From Glaucostegus cemiculus (taxonomy: Eukaryota): 64,000 bases of DNA. The position numbers and the translations under genes are program-made. Below the pieces are notes generated by a model. That model was not told the DNA's origin, ran no database searches, and saw only the letters and a program-made list of their open reading frames with translations. The stretch is from contig CDPCPM010000125.1 of NCBI GenBank assembly GCA_976551045.1, positions 1,612,001 through 1,676,000 on the forward strand, read 5' to 3'. Below are positions 55,330 through 64,000 of the stretch, in pieces. Each line of letters begins with the position of its first letter. The first letter of the stretch is position 1.

Positions 55330-55490
55330 ATGCCATATGTTACGTGTGAGAGGAAGCCGGAACATCGGAGCAAAGCCACTTGGTTACGGGAACAAGCCAT
55401 AAACTCCATATCGACAACAACCGAGATCAGAATCGAACCTGGGTTGCTGGAGTTTTGCGGCAGCACTATCTGCTGCCCCACTGTGCCCCA
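55330..55490 (-). mobile_element. Degenerate V-SINE
   Basis: gagaggaagccggaacatcggagcaaagccac (core) and atcgaacctgggttgctgg...cactatctgctgccccactgtgcc (tRNA-derived head). Confidence 0.7.
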
Positions 55491-57454
55491 GTGGTGTTGG
55501 TGGTGGACTATAGTATGTTATATTTGTCTAAGCTGCCGCAGCTATCACTACGCTCCATGTGGAGATCACTGCCAGGAGCCAGTCTTGCTAGCGAATTGTT
55601 GCACAGGTCACATGCCATTTAATCAGTGGTAGCATACGAAAAATCATTTATTTCACTGAGGCTTCTCGGCCTGTGAATTAAAAGGGGAATGGGAAGGAAG
55701 AGTTACATAATCTTTTTACTACTTTCCGATGCTTTTTATTTGTTAGCGTTTCGGGTTAATTTCACCTCTTTTATTTTGTTCATGTTTGAATTATTTAATT
55801 CTTTAATCCTCTGTTAATGGTTTTAAAGTGCCCTTAATGTCACATACACTAAGGAAAAACCTTCTAAACTCCTTATTCAGGGTAATTTTTCGCCCCGACT
55901 TCACATTCTGTCAAAACTGCAAGAGGTATTTCGTGGTCTGGATCTTAGCGGCACAGCTCCTGGGCCTAGGTACTGCTGTGGGCTTATTTTTACCCTGTAC
56001 TTCAATGATCCAAAGGTCAAACGCTGTTCTATTTCCGTTTCCATTGATTATAACGTGGGTCGAATATGGACGGTAAGGGCTCAGAAGAATACTGCCCAGT
56101 TCTCACTTGGATATTGCAAATATTTTCTGCAAAACGTGCAAACCTTTTGATTGATTACGAACACCACACTTCAACAGAATGATTGAAGGTGAAACGTTGA
56201 TGCTCTGTGCACCAAATTTCTACATATCCCCTGTAACTATTTGAACGCTTTACTAAGGTTGCATTTCTCTAAGTGAACAGCCACTGCGGAGACATTTTGT
56301 GCACGTCTTTGGAATAGGATTTCTGCCGACAACCAAGGAGAGTCATTGCGCCAAGGATGACAGATGGTAACGCATTCCTAAACATCGCAAGGGTATGATC
56401 GGGTCGTGAATCATGCTCTCATTTCTCCACTTGAAGCGAATCTATTTTTCTGAACGTGCACCCCAACTTCAGAAGCTTCAGGAAACGTCTCATTTTGGTC
56501 CTTCTGTTACTAATTCTGAAATATCATATTCATGTAGAATTCCAGTTTGCAATTGGATCATCACATTTGTTATGATGCAAATGCTTTGGGTTTATTTGGA
56601 ACGTATTAACATTGATTATCTGGTGGGACATGTAACAGTGGGTCAATATTGTAGCAAGACGATTTGCCAGCCAATTATCCAACTTTGACAATCCGTACAT
56701 TGTACATGCTTTCGCGCATGCCACAATAATGATTGAATTAAGCTCTCAAGGACAAACAGTCTTTGTATCGTCTGTTACAGAACAGAAGGATTGAGTTATC
56801 TAATTTAATTCATAACATTATCGACAGGAATTGTCATATTTAATGTCTGTGTTCTATGAAAACAAGACTGCCTGATCCGTGGTAGTTCCTCTTCATCTGT
56901 GTGTGATTCCAGACTCTTTGGTAGTTGTTGTTAAATAAAACAAACAAATTCTGTATTAATAGTACTAACATAATATCCTTCACTCCTGCGTGATGTCCCA
57001 GGGCGTTTATTTGGAGTGTTCTCGCTGTTACAGGATATCTGGCAACAGGTTGTATAGATTTTACAGAAACAGCGGGTGATAATCAATCGACAATCCGTTT
57101 GAGTGGTGCTGCCTGAAGAAAATAATTCAAGTAGGAACTGCAGCGAATTTCCCCGCCCTCCCGTGAAATATTTATATGTGGAAATTTCGCAGACAATTGA
57201 GAAGGAAGTCGCCAATTAGAAATTAACTCTGTATGCACACAATTTCCAATTCTATTTTGTCTCCATATTTAACTTAGGATCAGATATGAAATACCAGAGT
57301 TCCGTTGCATCTGAGGACATTGAGTCTAATACTAAAGTATTTAATTTGCATGTTTTTCTTGTTTTGTGGGAAAGAAAGGTAAATGACCAATACAAGTCTC
57401 CAAAAAGGCGAAAATAAAATGTCTCCTGGTTTTCATACTTACCTTTTTTTGCAG

Positions 57455-57490
57455 AATTGACAGAAATAAAGTTAGAAAGAAAAGAAAAAC
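57455..57490 (+). CDS. Micro-exon, 36 nt: ELTEIKLERKEK
   Basis: cttacc, T-run, gcag|AATTGACA...GAAAAAC|gtaagg. Confidence 0.8.
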
Positions 57491-57639
57491 GTAAGGGTTG
57501 AATTTCAATGCCAGCGTTTATTGAGAAGAACATATTAAAGAGAGCAATGTTTATCAGTTGCTTTATTTTATTTTAAGAATTGAGTCTTTGAGACCTTTAC
57601 GTCTTCTTGGATAGGGTCGACAGAGTCATTGTAATTTAC

Positions 57640-59060
57640 AAACCGGAAGTATGGCTAGGCTTCTTGAACCTTTTCAGCCACTCAACAAGATCATGTGTGA
57701 CCTGATATTGGCCTTCATTCCAATTGCTTTTATGTTCTCCATAATCCATGACATCCTACTGACCAAACCTCAGTCTTTCTTCCCCTGGAAGATATTCAAT
57801 TCATCAGCATCCACGGTACTCTGAAGTAGAGAATTCCAAAGACTTACAATATTCGTTTAATGAAAATATTTCTCTTCATTCTGAAATCATGACCATTTTT
57901 CTGGATTCGCCCAGCGTAAGGACATCCTCTCAGGTATCCATCGTATCAAGTTCTCACAGAACGCTATGTGTTCCAATTATTTTGGCACCAACTTTCTTCG
58001 AATTCTTCCGCTGTGTATATCCCCCCTTCAATGGGCATAACAAAATAACGTCCACAACTCTGCGTGTGGTCACACAATACGCAGTACATTTGTAGCGAGA
58101 CTGCTCTCTGCTATCCCTTCACAGTAAAACAGCATTCAGTTTCCCTCCTTAATTAGTTCTTCTGTTTGCATCTAACTTTGTGCTTCATGTTCGAAAGCAC
58201 CTAGTTCCCTGCCATGCAGAGGTCAGTAGTCTCTAACCATTTCAGCAAAATGCTGTTATTTCCGTTCTTCTTCCCAAAGACATATTTCCTACATTGTAGC
58301 CCCCCTGCCACTTTTTTGCACACTCTTTTTAACTGCTTGTGTCACTTTACAGACTCATTGTATTACCTTCACATTCGCCTTTCTTGGTGTTGTCACCATA
58401 TTTAGTGACAATATATTAAATCCATGCAACTGGCATTGATGTAGGTTGTACATTGTTGAAGGGTCACACTAATCCCCGCGGCATGCAATTATTGCATTTT
58501 GCCAATTTAAAAATGCTCTGTTTATCTTGACCCCCTTCCACACGAATGTTAATCACTTAATTTCCCCGGTCTACGTGGATGAAAGTCTCTCATGTTCACC
58601 AGACTGATTCCAGTGAGGCAGTGCTGACGTATGGAGAGACGTTGGCTCAATTGAACTTATATGTGCAGGAGTTTCGTAAAATGAGACGATATATTGAATC
58701 TTTGGCAATTCTAACAAGATTGGACAGACTAGATGCAAGGAGCATATTCCCGCTGGCGGGTGATTCCAGGACGTGAGTCACAGAATGAGGAAAAGGGCTA
58801 AGTCGTTTAAGAATGAGCTGAGGCAAACTTTCTTCTCTCTCCTCGGAAATTCTCTCCTATTGTAAACAATTGGATCCACATTAAATATATTCAATAAGGA
58901 GTTAGATTTTGATTTTAGGGCAAGGTTGATCAAGGGCTATAGGGAAAAACCAGAAACAGGATATTGAATTTAGTCATCAGCCATGACTGTATTGAATGCC
59001 AGAGCAGGATCGAAAGACCGAGCAGGCTACTCTGGATCATATTTCCATATTCCTATGTTT
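57640..59060. mobile_element. Two divergently oriented degenerate CR1 3' fragments (minus about 57640-58560, plus about 58590-59060)
   Basis: Plus ORF LTYGETLAQLNLYVQEFRKMR...LDRLDARSIFP; CR1 tails at both outer ends. Confidence 0.75.
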
Positions 59061-59299
59061 TTATTGTGTAATAAAACAATATATTTTGTGCGCCATTAAT
59101 TTCCTGATTTGTGTTACTGCGTCTCTGCTCTGATTCTGTTTGGTAGTACACTCTAATGTTTATACGCCCCATCCTTCCTTACCAGCTCTGGCTGCTATTG
59201 TTTTGTTCTTTCTATTTAACTTTTCAAATATAATAACTGTCACCGAATTCTCCACCATACTATTTAGTTTAAATACATATCCGCGGCAGTAGCTGAGGG

Positions 59300-60095
59300 A
59301 TTCATTAGGACAGCGGTCACAGATGGAGCCAAGTGAAACTTGTCCCAATAGAACAGCGCCATCTTTTCCCAGAACTGGTGCCACTGTCCTATCAATCGGA
59401 ACCGATTTGCCCCACACCAATCTTTGAGTTCTTCAATCTTATTCGTCCCGTGTCAATTAGGAATCAGGAGATCATTGGCCTCTGTGGTTCTGCTTTTTGA
59501 TTTTTTTTTTATTTGAATCCTCACTGCCGGTCTCCATTCAGTAGAAGGTCCTTTGATCTACATTTGCCATGAGTTCCGACGTGAACTATATCTGGTTATT
59601 TTTCTACCCACACCAAATTCCTCTCTGGTCCTGAAGAGATGTCCTTAACTGGTCTTTAAACAAGCCGGGAATGCAGCATAAGGAATTCTTGGTTGTGGCT
59701 GTAGGAAGCAGTACATACTAAATTTTATCTTCTATGACCACTCCATTCTCTTTCACCCCTCCATCTAGACTAACGTACTGTACCACAATGTCGTATTCAG
59801 TTTTCTCATCTGCCGTGCAGTCTCAGCCCGCATCGGCACAGGCTGTGAGAATCTCTAACCTGTTGGATGAATGCAAGAGCACGGCTCCTACAAAGCTACT
59901 TTCTGGATCCACATGCCTGCCTGACTCGTGAAGGTGCCATCCTGTCCCTTTTCTCTGACCAGTCGTACAGTGGTTGACCTAAGTGCTGCGATTGCCCCGG
60001 AATAAATCTCGCCCTCTATGATGAATCACAATATCCCAATCACGGACGCCAGCTCATCGACTCTTGAGTTGAAGTTCCTCGCGTTGTGGTCACGT
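59300..60095 (-). mobile_element. CR1 ORF1 (SGNH-esterase-like) remnant
   Basis: Minus strand about 59430-59320 reads LKDWCGANRFRLIGQWHQFWEKMALFYWDKFHL, like the CR1 ORF1 esterase DxxHL block. Confidence 0.6.
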
Positions 60096-60099
60096 ATGT

Positions 60100-60440
60100 C
60101 GAACATAGAACGTCGAACAGTACAGCACAGGAACAGGCACTTCGGCCCACGGTGTCTGTGCCGAGGATGATGCCAAGTTTAACTTCTTCTACTTGCCTAT
60201 ATCCCTCAATTCCCTGCCTGTTCATGTGCCTGTTAACGTATCTGCCCTCACCACTTTCCCAGGCACCTAACACTCTCAGTGTTAAAAGCTTGCCTCGTAA
60301 TTCTCCTTTAAACTTTACTCCTTCGCCTTAAAACTATGCCCTCTAGTATCTGATATTTTCATCCTGGGGAAAACAGATTCTGACTGTCTATGCTTCTCAT
60401 AATTTCATATACTTATATCAGGTAGCCTCTCAGCCTCTGA
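60100..60440 (-). mobile_element. CR1 3' terminal fragment
   Basis: gaacatagaacgtcgaacagtacagcacaggaacaggcacttcggcccac tail. Confidence 0.8.
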
Positions 60441-60833
60441 TGCTGTTTATTTTTCCAGTATCCGTATTTTTGAGTCAACTGACTTCAATTAACCACTTGT
60501 ACAGGTTAACCGAATCCCTAGCAAATAAAAGACTATTTGTTTGCTATTTTGTATCACTAGCTACCTTAAAATGCTCTTGTAAGCCTACTTGCCCATTTTT
60601 CTTTATCAGGCATCTGGGCACGATGTTATTGTCTCCTCTTTTGCCTTGGTGATAATAGTTTCGAATTTTGAAACAGTGCGCTTTTTTTGCATGCCACAAC
60701 AAAGACATTAAATAATACCAAATTTCTGCGAAAATCGCACAAGCGAGCAATTCCATTATAGTTTCGTACTGAATCGTATGTTGCTTTTTAAGAGGAAATG
60801 TCATTGTCAGCTTTTTTCATCTTCTAATTTCAG

Positions 60834-60869
60834 AAATAGCTAAACTGAAGACTGACTTGGAAATGAAAG
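60834..60869 (+). CDS. Micro-exon, 36 nt: (Q/E)IAKLKTDLEMK
   Basis: tcatcttctaatttcag|AAATAGCT...AATGAAAG|gtacaa; fits the 36-nt consensus. Confidence 0.82.
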
Positions 60870-61624
60870 GTACAAAAGAATTATCACATTTTTGTTATTT
60901 TTAGACCTGCTTGCTGGCATTGACTACATCGACTTCCCAAAAAAAGTACCCCTAACATGACTGTCTCTGAAATCGTTATTGTTGTGAATCCTCCAGGACA
61001 CTTTGGCCAAACACGATCATATTATTCAATGCTCCTGGCCGCGAGAAAGTCAACAGGAAAATATTATTATGACTGTGTTTGACCTTTCTTGGCAGGGGTT
61101 GTAGAATTCATATTAGAATTAATAATATTCGAGGCAGGCCAAAATCTGTTTGGTTAATGGTCAAGACTAATCGAATCGGCAAGTGAAGAGTGTTTTCAGT
61201 TTCTATTGGTTGTCGGAAGCGGGTGCGCCACAATAATGGACGTGCCAAGAGATAAACCGTGGGAATATGTGACTGGGTGTTCATAGATCTCAGTTTTTTT
61301 CCAGATTACATCAAACTAAGGTTTATAAAAGTCCAAGTGTCTTAAGACAAATATGGAATAGTTTGAATTAAGCCATACTACGGGTCTGAAAAATATAATC
61401 AGATTACTTTATTTCACTTTAGTTTGTTTCCTTCACTATGAGTACCGTGACGGCAGGTGCATTATAGAAATATACAATCACAAAATAGCACGGCCATTTT
61501 TTGGTTAATAAATCTCCGTCTAACTTCTCTCCTTCCATATTCCCACATCATTTTCTTCTTTAAACCCCATGGTTCCAGTTGTGTAATTTAGGGTTTATGT
61601 TGAATGACCGGAGCACTGTGCTTG

Positions 61625-61709
61625 TTTTCTTTCGTTTCTCTCTTTCCCGCTCTCTATCTCTCTCTCTCGCTATCAATCTATCTGTCTGTCTACCTTTCCC
61701 TTTCTCCCT
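61625..61709. repeat. CT-rich low-complexity/microsatellite tract running into a gap
   Basis: tctctatctctctctctcgctatc... Confidence 0.7.
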
Positions 61710-61878
61710 NNNNNNNNNNNNNNNNNNNNNNNNNNNNNNNNNNNNNNNNNNNNNNNNNNNNNNNNNNNNNNNNNNNNNNNNNNNNNNNNNNNNNNNNNNN
61801 NNNNNNNNNNNNNNNNNNNNNNNNNNNNNNNNNNNNNNNNNNNNNNNNNNNNNNNNNNNNNNNNNNNNNNNNNNNNNN
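61710..61878. other. Assembly gap (N run)
   Basis: Run of n. Confidence 1.
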
Positions 61879-62814
61879 AAACAGCAACTTCGAATTTAAA
61901 GCAAAGACGAAAAAATCTAGAACACTGAACAGGTCAAGGAGCATCAGTGGCGAGAAAAACAAAATCAACTTTTCACGTCATTGACCAGTCGGTCATAATG
62001 CTGCAAACTACTCCCTGGTTAAGCATGTCCATTGCCATGTCTGTAACAATGGGGCAGGTTCTTCCAATTTGTGAGTACCTTTTCCAAGATCTTCATCCAC
62101 TTAGAATAGAGAAGCCTAAGAGGAAAATGAAAGATCCTCATTTCTGAATCACCAGAGGGCACAGCAGTGAGGTGATCTACAAGATAACTCTATGCATCTG
62201 GAGTATTTTATAAATAGCTAAGTGATTGGGATTTAAATGGACTGTAGGCCTTGGTAAATATTAAAGGGGAATTCGTTATCTAATTGAAGGAAGCAAATGC
62301 GAGCATACGGACAAAGAGAGAGCCACGTGTATTAAATGGATTGCTGTAGCAACATAGCCGGCGTAATTCCTTTTTTTTATGTAAATTGACGCATTAAAAT
62401 AACTTCCCACTGCTACTGTTTCATCCACTTATTCAGTTCATACACCCACATCCCAACTGTAACTTCGTAACAATCAAATATTTCTGCACATTCCCTTTGT
62501 TCCCTTGTATCTAAGTACCCGGTGATCGATCCTTCAGAAATTGGGCCAAAATATGTTGGGGTCTGGTTGACATACACAAGAAAATGTTCTCACTCGTGGG
62601 TCAACTTGCATCTAATTTCTGCGTTTGTGCTTTAGCTAGGCGAGGTAACAGTCTTAATATTAATCTTCATTGTCGTTTACCTGTACATGTTAATTAATTT
62701 CGAACATTTCAAGTTATTTTAAGTGAATGTTATGATAAATACTGACATTTATTTTAAATAATTCTTGTCGCCCAGATCATCAGTAAAAATTAGAAGTAAT
62801 TCGACCTTTCACAG

Positions 62815-64000
62815 CAGCCAGCTAGCCACAGCTAGCCAGAAGAACAGGCTTTGAGACTTACCCCAGCCAGTGTGGGGAAAGCCCTTTCACAGGTTAACCC
62901 TCGGAAGGCTGCGGGACCGGACAGCATACCAGGGCGGATACTCAGGGACTGTGCGGACCAGCTTAAAGATGTACTGGCTGACATCTTCAACATCTCCCTA
63001 CAGCAGGCTGTTGTTCCTAAGTGCCTAAAATCTGCCACCATCATACCTGTTCCCAAGAAGTCTCCTCCAAAGTGTCTGAATGACTACCGTCCCATAGCTC
63101 TAACACCGATTGTCATGAAATGCTTTGAGAGGCTAGTTATGAAGCACATTAGAGCCATCCTCCCCCCATCCTTGGATCCTCATCAGTATGCTTATCGGGC
63201 AAACAGGTCCACCGATGATGCAGTCTCCTCTGCCATGCACTCTGCACTACATCACTTAGAGAAGAAGGACTCATACTGCCGGCTGCTATTCATTGACTTC
63301 AGCTCCGCTTTCAATACCATCATCCCACAACAGCTTATCAGGAAGTTGAGCGCTCTGGGCATCAACACTCCTCTCTGCAACTGGATACTGGATTTTCTAA
63401 CTGGCAGGCCACAGTCAGTCAAAATTGGTGAAAACACCTCAAGCACCATCACACTGAGCACTGGCTCCCCTCAGGGTTGTGTGCTCAGTCCGCTCCTGTT
63501 CACCTTGTTGACCCACGACTGTGAGGCCAGATTCAGCTCCAACCGCATTGTTAAATTTCCCGATGACACGACAGTGGTGGGTCTTGTTACGAATGACGGT
63601 GAGTCGGACTATAGAGAGGAGGTGAACCAACTAGCCGTGTGGTGCCATGACAACAACCTCTCCTTGAATGTGGATAAAACCAAGGAGATGATAGTGGATT
63701 TTAGGAGGGGTCATCGTGTGCACGCTCCGCTGACCATCAACGGGTCTGCTGTGGAACAAGTACGCAGCACCAAGTTCCTGGGGGTGCACATCACCGACGA
63801 CCTGACCTGGTCCACTAACATTACGGCCCTCACGAAGAAGGCTCAGAAACGCCTCTACTTCCTGCGGAGACTGAGGAAACCGTACCGACACCCCTCAGTC
63901 ATGAAATCCTTCTACAGGGGGAACATTGAGAGCATCCTAACTCAATGTATCTCTGTTTGGTTTGGAAGCTGCTCAGCTGCTGGGCGGAAGTCCCTCCAGA
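62815..64000 (+). mobile_element. Rex1/Babar LINE, 5'-truncated, RT frame open from 62836 to window end
   Basis: [111 protein letters not shown]. Confidence 0.95.

Larger units (their letters stand above)
1252..60869 (+). other. Internal portion of a multi-exon gene encoding a long coiled coil from >=25 micro-exons (24/27/36 nt, phase 1-1); gene ends outside window
   Basis: 25 AG...GT-bounded segments on one strand, all multiples of 3, same phase. They join into a stop-free E/K/L-rich 21-aa repeat (consensus about E-x-x-L-x-x-K-x-x / E-I-x-x-L-K-x-x-L-x-x-T). Confidence 0.85.

Noticed and set aside
55420-55490. tRNA gene (B-box-like sequence on minus strand)
   Set aside because: It is the tRNA-derived head of a V-SINE and does not form a complete cloverleaf.
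60561-60578. 18-nt AG/GT segment before the last exon
   Set aside because: Its terminal T plus AA of exon 60834 makes TAA, and the peptide does not fit the repeat.
1252-60869. Naming the gene (BG/butyrophilin, C-type lectin, TRIM or myosin-like)
   Set aside because: No Ig, TM, B30.2, lectin or motor exon is visible in the window, and the coil sequence alone is not diagnostic.
1-64000. The ~200 short ORFs in the supplied track as standalone genes
   Set aside because: They are LINE fragments, antisense shadows of TEs, N-spanning artefacts or random frames. The DNA is eukaryotic and intronic.

Overview
Eukaryotic genomic DNA, most likely from a cartilaginous fish (shark or ray). This is inferred from the repeat landscape: many decayed CR1 LINEs, V-SINE/HE1-like SINEs, RTE, Rex1/Babar and Penelope fragments. 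The ORF track is almost all TE remnants or noise. The real signal is invisible to it: nearly the whole window (1252-60869) is the interior of one + strand gene built from at least 25 tiny phase-1/phase-1 exons of only 24, 27 or 36 nt, each flanked by AG/GT and spaced about 0.7-5 kb apart, mostly alternating 27/36. Spliced in order they give 768 nt of stop-free frame encoding a charged 21-residue (3-heptad) coiled-coil repeat: ENDLERKET-ELVKLKKSLLLA-EEEVREKDA-EITALKRKLLET-EEKMRQKE-GKDFSSKYA-EINELKTALQMT-ETKLFQKEM-EIKNTLKKLKEL-ESQLISKGK-ELESKCGVD-EEELREKIS-ELASLKKKSQET-GEKLSAKVK-EAATMKMNLERT-EKELLKKDL-VIETLRKKIQET-DKLNVKDK-WQEWQTQNE-KIESLKNDLLTT-GEVLRQQER-EIARLKNDLQAA-ELKQKNKMD-ELTEIKLERKEK-QIAKLKTDLEMK. 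Start, stop and any globular domains lie outside the window, so the gene cannot be named. Also present: a solo LTR with a target-site duplication, a young Rex1 copy with an open RT frame, a perfect 46-bp palindrome and two assembly gaps. Exons were found by eye and have no transcript support; TE boundaries are approximate.
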